64,000 nt of DNA, from NCBI GenBank assembly GCA_963723405.1, contig CAVRQF010000007.1, positions 138,801-202,800 on the forward strand. The letters run 5' to 3'. Positions 38,872 through 46,603 of this stretch are shown here, piece after piece (the first letter of the stretch is position 1; every line of letters starts with the position of its first letter). The notes under the pieces were generated by a model. The model saw only the letters and a program-made list of their open reading frames with translations. It searched no databases and was not told the DNA's origin. The translations under genes and the position numbers were made by a program. Source of the DNA: an uncultured Actinomycetota bacterium. GTDB taxonomy: Bacteria > Actinomycetota > Thermoleophilia > Gaiellales > Gaiellaceae.

Positions 38872-39234
38872 AGACACATCGGAATAACTGCTACTTCTTG
38901 GCACGGGTTCGCGGGCCGCCTGGTGTGACTAGAGCTCGATACGCGCGAACCCGCCTCCATTGGACGCCGCGACCTGCCCAGACTTTCGCCTTCGTCACAC
39001 ACTCCAGCTGTTCCCGACTTGCGGCCGGACGGTGTTTACAGTGCTTGCACATGTCGCCGTGCTCACTCAGCTCACTCGTTACAACCTGTCAGACAACGAG
39101 GAGCGCGAGCGGCTCATACGACAGGTAGGGCGTAGTCGCGCCCGGCCTCGACATTTGAACGTAATCCGCTTACTGCGCGGCATGACCTTCGCTCGCGGAT
39201 GCCAGGTTCGCGCTCGACGTCGGCCTCGAATCCG

Positions 39235-39480
39235 TTACAAACTCAAGGGCCTTGTCGGGCTGACCGTCGCTCCGCCGTTCCCGGGCCTGATCCTATCTCT
39301 CGGTGTCGGGCGGCAGTTCCGACGGCGGCTCGCCGGGTCAGGGACCGGATACGGGGTGCCCGGGTCAGGGGAGGGGTAAGGCGTTCCCGGATCGGGTGGT
39401 CTCGGTGGGGTCGGCTCCGGGTCAGCCGGGCCTGGGAGTGGGGGCGTAATCAAACACAGCGAGCGTGTCACGACGACCAT
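39235..39480 (-). CDS. Hypothetical Pro-rich protein with PDPGTPYP repeats (doubtful)
   Basis: Part of ORF 39235..39555: MVVVTRSLCLITPPLPGPADPEPTPPRPPDPGTPYPSPDPGTPYPVPDP.... The underlying DNA is an imperfect ~26-nt tandem repeat (39331-39420). I see no RBS and no homology. Confidence 0.2.
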   Translation of the reverse strand: MVVVTRSLCLITPPLPGPADPEPTPPRPPDPGTPYPSPDPGTPYPVPDPASRRRNCRPTPRDRIRPGNGGATVSPTRPLSL

Positions 39481-40201
39481 GTCCAGGGAATGCCCAAACG
39501 GAAGTCTCCAGAAACACCCCGTAGGATCTCCGGCTCCGCCATGTGGAGGTGGCAATCCTCCGTTTGCGAACTCGAGGGCATGTGCTCGTTACACGCCGTC
39601 CGTCGTATGCCGCGACGCGGTCATGCCGATCCTCACCGGCTCTGGAAGTCGGCGTGCAGCTCGGGCACACAGTAAGCGGCGCGCGACGTCACCTCAGGCG
39701 CTTCGCCCCGGCGCTGCAGCCTGCGGCCCATCTGCAGCCCGGTCGGGCTGTAGATGCGGGATGGTCGGGTCGGAGGACAGGTTGAGGTGCGCAGCGACCT
39801 TCGGCGCGCAGTCAGCGAACAACCGCTGGATGCCGTGCCCAACTAGGCGGCGGCGCTGACCCGGCAGAGATTCCGACAAGTCCGATCCAGGTATTTCTCG
39901 CCGCGTTCTTCCCTCGCCGTGCGTGACTCGGCAGGCACCTCGCACAAGTTCTGTGGGGGTCTCGAGCTGGCTGGAGTGCCGCAGCTGGCCCAGGTTGAGT
40001 GGATCGAGCCGGAGCCGCCTGAGGGTGTGAGGCGGTCGAGGTCGAGGTACGTCGCGATGACGAGATCGCGAAGATGGTCTCTCTTTGACGTTGAGCGTTG
40101 GCGCCATCATCACGTCGACGGCGGGCTTTCCCGCGCGGCCGTCAGGCATCAGAATCCTGACCTGCCTCGGCGTCGCGAGCGCACCGAGCAGGGGGCTTCG
40201 G

Positions 40202-40570
40202 TTAGAGGGGGGCTCTCATTCGGATTGTCGTGCCGTGCGGTTCGCTGGTTATTTCGACGTGGGGCATGAGGACGCTGATCATCATGAGGCCGCGTCCACG
40301 CTCGTCGTTGTCGAAGCGTGCGTGCTTCCAGGTGCCGGTATCGGTGACCGCGACCGTGAGGCTGTCTTGCTCGATCGCTGCGCGGACTTCGACCGTCACG
40401 CAAGGCTCGGCGTGTTCGATCGCGTTCGCGGCGGCTTCATGGGTGGCGAGAATGACTGAGCTTCTCAGCTCGTCGGAAAGCTCGGTCTGGTCCAGCCATG
40501 TGCCGAGGTCACGGCGAAGCTCACCGAGCCGGCTGAGTTCGCAGGGGAGGGATGCCACGAAGACCTCCAC
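40202..40570 (-). CDS. RsbW/SpoIIAB-like anti-sigma-factor-type Ser kinase (HATPase_c_2), cassette A
   Basis: From GTG 40570: VEVFVASLPCELSRLGELRRDLGTWLDQTELSDELRSSVILATHEAAANAIEHAEPCVTVEVRAAIEQDSLTVAVTDTGTWKHARFDNDERGRGLMMISVLMPHVEITSEPHGTTIRMRAPL. The N-box is EAAANAIEHA and the G2-like box is GRGL. It is 94/122 identical to 49593..49961 by my count. Confidence 0.8.
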   Translation of the reverse strand: MEVFVASLPCELSRLGELRRDLGTWLDQTELSDELRSSVILATHEAAANAIEHAEPCVTVEVRAAIEQDSLTVAVTDTGTWKHARFDNDERGRGLMMISVLMPHVEITSEPHGTTIRMRAPL

Positions 40571-40609
40571 TTGCGGGTTAATTCCGCGAGGCGTCGAAAC
40601 CAAACACGG

Positions 40610-40945
40610 TCACGCCAACGCCTGCTCACGGTCTGGGACGCAGTCGAGATGCTCTAGGAGACCGCTGATTTCAAGAGCCGTGCGAACGATCATGGCGGTG
40701 CCGAGCTGTAGACGCAGCCGCGACCCTCGGCTCCGGGCGAGCCGGTCAGCCAGCGCAAGGTTGTGAAGGAACGAGGAGTCGATGAACTGCGCGTCCGTTA
40801 CGTCGATGACGACGAGATCGTTCGTCTCGACCAGCGAGGTGAAGAGCTCTCGAACGTCAGTCTTGGTCGCGACGTCGTGCTCACCATGCACCTCGACAAC
40901 GGCGGCTCCGACCCTGGGCCGGAGCACATGGAGATCGGGGATCAT
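40610..40945 (-). CDS. STAS domain anti-sigma-factor antagonist (RsbV/SpoIIAA-like), cassette A
   Basis: AAGGAG precedes ATG 40945: MIPDLHVLRPRVGAAVVEVHGEHDVATKTDVRELFTSLVETNDLVVIDVTDAQFIDSSFLHNLALADRLARSRGSRLRLQLGTAMIVRTALEISGLLEHL. The phosphorylatable-Ser context is FIDSS. Confidence 0.8.
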   Translation of the reverse strand: MIPDLHVLRPRVGAAVVEVHGEHDVATKTDVRELFTSLVETNDLVVIDVTDAQFIDSSFLHNLALADRLARSRGSRLRLQLGTAMIVRTALEISGLLEHLDCVPDREQALA

Positions 40946-41061
40946 CTGAGTTCTCCTTCGAACATGAGGACATCGGGACAGTTCGTCTTCAAGCCGGAAG
41001 TTCTCTCGGTTCCTGTTGATCCGTTTCGGTTGGAGGGCGAGCCTCGTGGTTGCTCGCCAGC

Positions 41062-41412
41062 TCACGTTGGGCCTCGACCGCCGAGGGTCGAGTCGTCTCC
41101 GAGTTCGGTCACGCCGAAGAGCCCGAGGAGCGCCCCGACGTCCTGCCCCTCTTGGGCGGGGTGCCGCATCGCGATCGAGGGGTTCACCCGGTAGCGGTTG
41201 CGACGGCCGACTCGAACACGCTCCAGATATCCGGACTCGACCAGGTCGGTGACGATCCGATGCGCTGCTCGCTCCGTGATCCCGACCTTCAACGCGATCT
41301 CGCGCAGGCGGACGTTGGGGTCTCGGGAGATGCAGAGGAGTACCTGCGTGTGGTTCGACAAGAAGTGCCACGACTTGTTCTCGCCATCTGACATACCGGA
41401 CTTTTTTAGCAT
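41062..41412 (-). CDS. Winged-helix (MarR/ArsR-like HTH) DNA-binding protein, cassette A
   Basis: From Met16 of ORF 41062..41457: MLKKSGMSDGENKSWHFLSNHTQVLLCISRDPNVRLREIALKVGITERAAHRIVTDLVESGYLERVRVGRRNRYRVNPSIAMRHPAQEGQDVGALLGL. Confidence 0.75.
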   Translation of the reverse strand: MLKKSGMSDGENKSWHFLSNHTQVLLCISRDPNVRLREIALKVGITERAAHRIVTDLVESGYLERVRVGRRNRYRVNPSIAMRHPAQEGQDVGALLGLFGVTELGDDSTLGGRGPT

Positions 41413-41445
41413 AACTTTCTTAGCATGTCTAGTCTGTCCGCAGAA
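41392..41445 (-). promoter_or_regulatory. Conserved upstream/5' region shared by both cassettes (candidate promoter-operator with ATGCTAA direct repeat)
   Basis: Minus strand here: TTCTGCGGACAGACTAGACATGCTAAGAAAGTTATGCTAAAAAAGTCCGGTATG. At 48792-48845: TTCTGTGGACAACTTAGACAGGCTAAAGAAGTTATGCTAAAAATGTCCGGTATG. Confidence 0.35.
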
Positions 41446-41478
41446 GCATCTCGGCAATCACGCACCAAGCTCCAAGGC

Positions 41479-41510
41479 GCGGGGCGTGGCGCCTGGTCGC
41501 CACGCCCCGC
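41479..41510. other. Perfect 13-bp GC hairpin upstream of cassette A
   Basis: GCGGGGCGTGGCG-CCTGGT-CGCCACGCCCCGC. There is no U-tract on either strand. Confidence 0.3.
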
Positions 41511-41775
41511 CACACCCGAGGACGACACGAGCAGGCGATCGCGATCTACCGCTATCCGGCCGCAGCCGAGCCAGGGACACGACCCGGCGACGATGCGCTG
41601 CATCGGCTCGAGCAGATCTTCTAACGTCAAAGCGCCGGCAGACCCAGGCCTGAAGACACTCTTCACCGAGCGCATCCCGACCCATGCCGACCACCTGACC
41701 CGAACCGCTCACTCTGACCTGTTCCTCGGCCCGGCACAAGGCGCTCTTTCGGCCCTGTCCTTCGGGTTCGAGCGT

Positions 41776-42096
41776 TTAGGGCTTCCGCAAGTACCTCCCG
41801 CGTACCCTGAACCAGTCCGTTGCCCCGAGCCACGCGACGGCTGCAGTCCAAGCGTCCTCCGAATAGCCGTTCGCGTTCAGCCGCGCGCTGAACACGGACC
41901 TCAAAGCCATCGGCATGTCCGGGTACGCGGTCTTCAGGCGCGCTTCCATCAGAAGCATTCGATCCAGAACGTCTTGAGGGCCACCCGCCTCGACGTGCGT
42001 ACGCATCTCGACCTCTTCCAGCGCGAGCCGTAACCAGAGCGCAGGACCGTCCCCGCGGGGCTCCTCCTCCTCCTCCTTCGCGTTGCGGCGCCGCAT
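41776..42096 (-). CDS. Hypothetical protein (island cargo, unknown function)
   Basis: ORF reads ...MRTHVEAGGPQDVLDRMLLMEARLKTAYPDMPMALRSVFSARLNANGYSEDAWTAAVAWLGATDWFRVRGRYLRKP. The composition is protein-like, but I recognise no family. Confidence 0.3.
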   Translation of the reverse strand: MRRRNAKEEEEEPRGDGPALWLRLALEEVEMRTHVEAGGPQDVLDRMLLMEARLKTAYPDMPMALRSVFSARLNANGYSEDAWTAAVAWLGATDWFRVRGRYLRKP

Positions 42097-42536
42097 CAGT
42101 GCCTCGCGGCATACCCACGTTCCCGCACGCCGAACCCATTGCTCGGATCGTTGAACCTAACGGCATACACTCTGGCTGCCCTGCCTCTGTCCGCCTCCAA
42201 GCGGGTGCGTCCATGGCATTAGCTGTAGGACCTGAACACGGTGGCTGCGAGACGAGATTGGGCCACGGCTTCACTATCGCCATTTGTCGTCGCGCAGTAA
42301 GAGCAGCGCTCCACCCCGGAGCTCGTAGCCTTCCCCTCCTTACGCGCACGGCGGAAAGCCTCCCGGCGCCGCTCAACTTTCCCGGCCTCCCGCTTCGTGT
42401 ACCCGTTTGGGCTCGTCTGTTTGCACCGACCTCGCGGCACGGACGAGCGCCGCACGTCAACCGCTGCGCGCCCTCGAGCACGACGCCGCACTCCGACGAG
42501 GCCTTCGCCTCGACCGGGTTCCAGCGTGAAAGGACA

Positions 42537-42680
42537 TTACGTCTCGTCGTCGACCTTCCAATTCGCCGGACTGCACGCCTCGCAGAACCGGCGGGGACGG
42601 CCACGCCCAGGACGCCGCTCGAAACTTACGCCGCACGACTCGCACGCCCGGGGGGCGGGTCCAACGGGCGACGAGATTCA
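42537..42680 (-). pseudogene. Zinc-ribbon (CxxC...FCxxC) protein fragment typical of actinobacterial mobile elements
   Basis: The minus frame reads PVGPAPRACESCGVSFERRPGRGRPRRFCEACSPANWKVDDET* (TAA 42537-42539) with no usable start codon. A second CG..TCG..PC fragment lies just downstream in another frame. Confidence 0.3.
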
Positions 42681-43232
42681 CGCGCCATTCCCGTTGCGAG
42701 TGGAAATGTTACGCCCCGAGTTCTGGAGCCAGGTCGGAGAGATGCTGACGAGCCCGCGAGATTCGAACTCAACGTCAACGACGTGTGTCGCTGTTAAGAC
42801 CGACGTCTCAACCTCGGACATACGCTCTGTGTTTCCCGATATAAGGCGCGGCATTAACCAAACAGCCTGTACTCGAGCCTCGTATTTTGGGATGCATCGG
42901 AATCAAAGGACCGGGTCGCCATCGGTGATCGCTCAGCTCGTGATCGCAGACGAGGCCAACGTTCGATCGCTTCAGCGTCGCGAGCTGAACGCCGGCTTCG
43001 CCCACGTCCGGCTCCACGCGGACGCGCGCGTGAGCGTCGAAATCGACGACCAAGCCCGGCTCCTGCGCCTCGCACAACAGAGGTGAGGTGACCTAGGGAT
43101 GTGCTCAACTTCTCCGACCGGGGCCGGGACGGGTTCCGCTCGGAGCGCGCAGCTGCGGCTCTGAATGACCGGGCCGCAGTCGACGACGCCTCGATGCCGT
43201 GTTGCGGGCGCTACGGACGCGGCACCGTGGCG

Positions 43233-43901
43233 CTATCGGGACGGCCCCTGGCCGAGCGGGGTGTGGTCGAGTTCCCGGGTGAGTTCCGGCAGCGAGTCGT
43301 AGACTGCGACGGCGCCGGCGTCGAGGAGCTCCTGGCTCGACCAGCCGCCGGTGAGGACGCAGATCGTCTCGAGGCCCGCGCCGGCTGCGGCCTCGATGTC
43401 CCAGCGGGAGTCGCCAACCATGACGGCGTGCGCCGGCTGCTCCGCCTTCGCGAGAGCGGCGTGGACGATGTCGGGATGCGGCTTCGAGCGTTCTACATCG
43501 TCGGAGGTCGTCCAGTCGTCGATCAGGTCCCGGACGCCGAGGACCGTGAGGAAATGGTCGAGATCGTTCCGGCCCGCAGAGGATGCGAGGATCGTTGCGA
43601 TGCCGCGGCGGCGCAGCTCTCCGACAAGCCCCGCGGCGCCGTGGAGAGGCTCGCACTCGTCGCGGATCGTCCCGAATTCGCTCTCCTTCTGTTCGCGAAG
43701 CCGGTCTCCGAGGCTGCGCTCGACATCGTCGTCTGTCAGGGCCTTGACGATCTGGTCGCCACCCATGCCGATGTGGCGGTGTATGCGCCAAACCGGCAGG
43801 ACGATGCCCTGCCCACGGAACGCCCGGTACCAGGCGAGCGCGTGATGGTAGTTCGTGTCGACAAGCGTGCCGTCGAGATCGAGCAGCGCGGCGGTAGGCA
43901 T
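43233..43901 (-). CDS. HAD family hydrolase (beta-phosphoglucomutase/phosphatase-like)
   Basis: From Met92 of ORF 43233..44174: MPTAALLDLDGTLVDTNYHHALAWYRAFRGQGIVLPVWRIHRHIGMGGDQ...ILASSAGRNDLDHFL...DVERSKPHPDIVHAALAKA...VMVGDSRWDIEAAAGAGLETICVLTGG. Confidence 0.8.
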   Translation of the reverse strand: MPTAALLDLDGTLVDTNYHHALAWYRAFRGQGIVLPVWRIHRHIGMGGDQIVKALTDDDVERSLGDRLREQKESEFGTIRDECEPLHGAAGLVGELRRRGIATILASSAGRNDLDHFLTVLGVRDLIDDWTTSDDVERSKPHPDIVHAALAKAEQPAHAVMVGDSRWDIEAAAGAGLETICVLTGGWSSQELLDAGAVAVYDSLPELTRELDHTPLGQGPSR

Positions 43902-43910
43902 CTTCGCCTC

Positions 43911-43937
43911 GTACCAACCGACGGGGTGTATGAAACC
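43911..43937 (-). promoter_or_regulatory. Weaker sigmaB/sigmaF-type promoter candidate (GGTTT-N16-TGGTAC) before the HAD gene
   Basis: The minus strand reads GGTTTcatacaccccgtcggtTGGTAC, 9 nt before ATG 43901. Confidence 0.25.
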
Positions 43938-44615
43938 GAGCCGCCCGATAATGCATGGAAGAAATGAAGCGGCCAGGAGGTCGCAGGGCCGCTGCTCGCG
44001 CCGCGTCAGCAGCCTCGCCCCATCCGTGATCCCGGCGCTTGCGGCGCTTTCATGAAGGGTTAGGCGTGGCCGTCGGAGGCCGCACCATCCGCTAGCTTCG
44101 CGGGAGAGCACGGTCGATCGTGTTCGGAAGCTGTAGCCGCGGCCAAGGGTGGACGCGCCGGAGGCGGCGCCCATTCGAGAAAGCGGTACTTCGAGCGAGA
44201 TCTCGTCGGCGGGCGCGTCGCGGTGCGTGACGGAGCAGAGTCGTCGAAGCTTCCTTCGCTCCGTCCTTCGCCTTCTCTGCGTTCTTGGCCTTCGCAGCCG
44301 CGCGGCTCGCGCTCGTCGTGAGCGTGCCCGACAGGTCCTCGGACTCCTTAGGCAGGAGTCGGAGTCGACGAACTCGCTCGAAACATTGCCGTCCCATTCG
44401 CGACGCTGCGTCCGAGGGGGAGCGGCACACCACTGAGTAGCGTTTATCCCCGAAACGGCTGGCAGGCCGCCCGAGGGCGCCGACCTAGAAGGCTATGAGC
44501 ACCTCACCAGCAGTCACGTAGGGTGCTGCGACGTTCAGGTCTGGGAGGTTCTCGGCGAGCCACGCGGCGGCGACCCGATTCGACTCGTGCCCGCCTGGTC
44601 CTCGCACTCGCCGAT

Positions 44616-44640
44616 GTGTATCGCAGCCCGGCGGGGGTAG
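44616..44640 (+). promoter_or_regulatory. Candidate sigmaB/sigmaF-type promoter (GTGT-N15-GGGTAG) for the DUF4142 gene
   Basis: GTGTatcgcagcccggcggGGGTAG lies about 30 nt upstream of ATG 44670, with the GAGGAGGGG SD in between. Confidence 0.3.
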
Positions 44641-44669
44641 AGCAGGGGAAACACGACCGAGGAGGGGAG

Positions 44670-45170
44670 ATGCATAAGCGCGCCCTACTGCTCACACTCG
44701 TTCTTGCGTCAGGGTTTGTCACGATGGCGGCAGCTGCGCCCGGACCCACGAACCAGGACCGAACGTTCGTAATGACCGCGGGCCACGCCGGCGCTGCCGA
44801 AATCGCCGCGGCGAAGCTGGCGCTGACGAAAACGAACAACTCGTCGACGGTCGCGTTTGCGCGGCGAATGATCCGCGACCACACGATGCTGGCGGCGAAG
44901 TTGACCTCGACAGCCCGGGCCGTCGGACTGATGCCCCCGACCACGCCGAGCCCGGCACAGACAGCCTCGATCGAGGCGCTCCGCAAGCTCAGCGGGACGG
45001 CGTTCCTGCAGAAGTACCGCCTGAGCCAGATCTCCGCTCACAAGGACGCGGTCGCGCTCTTCACGGCCGAGTCCGAGCGCGGGCAGACACCAGCTCTCAA
45101 GAGCGCGGCGACCGCGGCCCTGCCGATCTTGAAGATGCATCTGAACATGGCCGAGAGCATGTCGACCTGA
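44670..45170 (+). CDS. DUF4142 domain-containing secreted protein
   Basis: From the internal ATG of ORF 44523..45170: MHKRALLLTLVLASGFVTMAAAAPGPTNQDRTFVMTAGHAGAAEIAAAKLALTKTNNSSTVAFARRMIRDHTMLAAKLTSTARAVGLMPP...FLQKYRLSQISAHKDAVALFTAES.... Confidence 0.8.
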   Translation: MHKRALLLTLVLASGFVTMAAAAPGPTNQDRTFVMTAGHAGAAEIAAAKLALTKTNNSSTVAFARRMIRDHTMLAAKLTSTARAVGLMPPTTPSPAQTASIEALRKLSGTAFLQKYRLSQISAHKDAVALFTAESERGQTPALKSAATAALPILKMHLNMAESMST

Positions 45171-45174
45171 CTCG

Positions 45175-45335
45175 CCCCATCAGGCCGCGTCCACGCTCGA
45201 CGTTGTCGAAGCTTGCGTGTTTCCAGGTGCCGGTGTCCAGTTTGTCCAGGAACTCGATCTGATCTAGACACTCGGCGAGCTCGAGGCGAAGCGCGCGAGA
45301 CGAGATCGACCTCGTCCGGGGTCCTCATCGGATCG
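45175..45335 (-). pseudogene. Third, internally deleted copy of the RsbW-like kinase gene
   Basis: The minus strand reads ...LELAECLDQIEFLDKL-DTGTWKHASFDNVERGRGLMG. It matches the kinase N-terminal segment (L..WLDQ...DKL) and the DTGTWK..FDN.ERGRGLM block, but lacks the ~45 aa between them. Positions 45181-45240 align with 40280-40335 of cassette A. Confidence 0.5.
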
Positions 45336-45815
45336 TCGAGGAGATCGACCCGACGAGCGTTTTGCCATGAGCCGAAGGAGAACGATGATGGGGACATCGC
45401 GGTTGGGCGAGGGAATTGCAGCCTCGGGAAGGATCGGTGCCTGCGGAGCGGGCGCATCACAGGACTTACTGAAATCGTTGTCTTGTCCGCCTACAACCCG
45501 AGGGGGTCTGGATGGGGCAGGATCTCCGGTGAACCACATGGAAGAGGGGGCACGCCCTAGACCAGTAGTTCGGCTAGATCCCTGCTATGAGTGGCGTCTC
45601 GGCACGGTCCGAGTGTTGCGCTCTTCGTTCGGCCGACAGTCTCGTCGGATGCGCGAGCGGCCCCGTACGGCTGGCCGTTGACTTCGCCCCGCGTCGACCT
45701 TCAGGCGTTCGTTCTGGACCATTCGTCTGTCGGGACGAGCGGAACTGAACCGAACAGCGCGGCGCCCGAAGCTCGGGCGCCGCGCTCGTCGAGAGGCTTC
45801 GTTCGCTAGCCGGGT

Positions 45816-46346
45816 CTAGGCGTCGCTGCCGTCGTCGGTGCCGACGACGTGGATGTCGACGTACATACCGCCCGACTCGTGGCCCGTCGTCTGGCAGAGG
45901 AGTCGATACCAACCGTGCTTCAGGAGGACCTTCGTTGTCGAATCGACCTCCGTGCTCGTGCCACACGGTGCGGCAGGGTTAGCCGCCGCGGGATCGTTAC
46001 AGATCGGCGTGAGTTCCTGAGCGGCCGACCCCACGGGCCCACACGCCGAGTCTGACCTCGGGCAGCTTCTGAGCGCGATGTTGTGCATGCCGCTCGTGTC
46101 GGCCGCCGACAGCCAGTAGGTGCCCGGGTTGATCGTCAAAACCTGGTGCACAGCCCCGTGCCCCAACGCATCGGAGTCACCGAACTTGACGTCGATGCAA
46201 CCGAAGACGCCCGCCCCGCAACTGAACGATGCATTCAGGGTCCGACCCTGCGCCGACGACTTCCCCGCCATCAGCGCGAACGCGATTGCCACCGCTGCCA
46301 CGACGAGGAGCGGGAGTGCCACACGATAGTTGGATGCTTTCTTCAC
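45816..46346 (-). CDS. Secreted cupredoxin-like (type-1 copper, plastocyanin-like ligand pattern) protein
   Basis: Intact ORF with signal peptide MKKASNYRVALPLLVVAAVAIAFALMAGKSSAQG. Candidate ligands are GMHNIAL (His) and LLCQTTGHESGGMYV (Cys-x4-His-x4-Met) near the C-terminus. Confidence 0.55.
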   Translation of the reverse strand: MKKASNYRVALPLLVVAAVAIAFALMAGKSSAQGRTLNASFSCGAGVFGCIDVKFGDSDALGHGAVHQVLTINPGTYWLSAADTSGMHNIALRSCPRSDSACGPVGSAAQELTPICNDPAAANPAAPCGTSTEVDSTTKVLLKHGWYRLLCQTTGHESGGMYVDIHVVGTDDGSDA

Positions 46347-46603
46347 TGACGTTCCCCTTTACCCAGTTGTCTTGTCCGAACGAGCAGGAATGCGTTCAGG
46401 TCCCCCCGTTGGCGCACCTATTGCGACCCGGCCGCAGAAACTCACCGTCTCACAGGATCAGGGCGAAGTCAACTTGCAAGATCGGACGGGCGGATTCGAA
46501 CCGAGCCTTCTGCTCCCAAAGCCAATCGGGGCCGTGGCACGAACTCCGCAGACCGAAATGGCTTGTCTACACAGCGCTCGGCCGCTCTCGGCACCCCAGT
46601 ACA

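Noticed and set aside
39560-40200. Possible integrase or transposase remnant downstream of kinase A (ORF 39694..40149 and neighbouring frames)
   Set aside because: I looked for tyrosine-recombinase (R...HxxR...Y), serine-recombinase and DDE motifs in all minus-strand frames and found none. Resemblance to the cassette-B small ORF is too weak to call, so the region is left unannotated.
42219-42491. HNH-endonuclease-like reading (…AFRRARKEG…CSYCA…)
   Set aside because: I could not reconstruct an H-N-H/CxxC...CxxH arrangement in any frame combination. Only isolated Cys pairs are present.
44092-44433. Ala/Lys-rich ORF (…SASRAAAKAKNAEKAKDGAKEAS…) as a possible LEA- or CsbD-like stress protein
   Set aside because: It has no clear start (only CTG after an AAGGAG), the frame runs into Arg-rich nonsense, and I see no recognisable family. 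It may be a fragment.
46365-46395. sigmaB-type promoter for the cupredoxin gene (GTTC-N13-GGGTAA)
   Set aside because: The spacer is shorter than in the other candidates, and the -10 element would leave only ~12 nt before the GTG, overlapping the putative SD. It is too weak to list as a feature.
46470-46603. Calling a second tRNA gene (minus strand) next to attR
   Set aside because: Only the T-loop is convincing. The T stem forms 3 bp, and no acceptor, D or anticodon arms could be drawn. It is reported as a remnant, not a gene.
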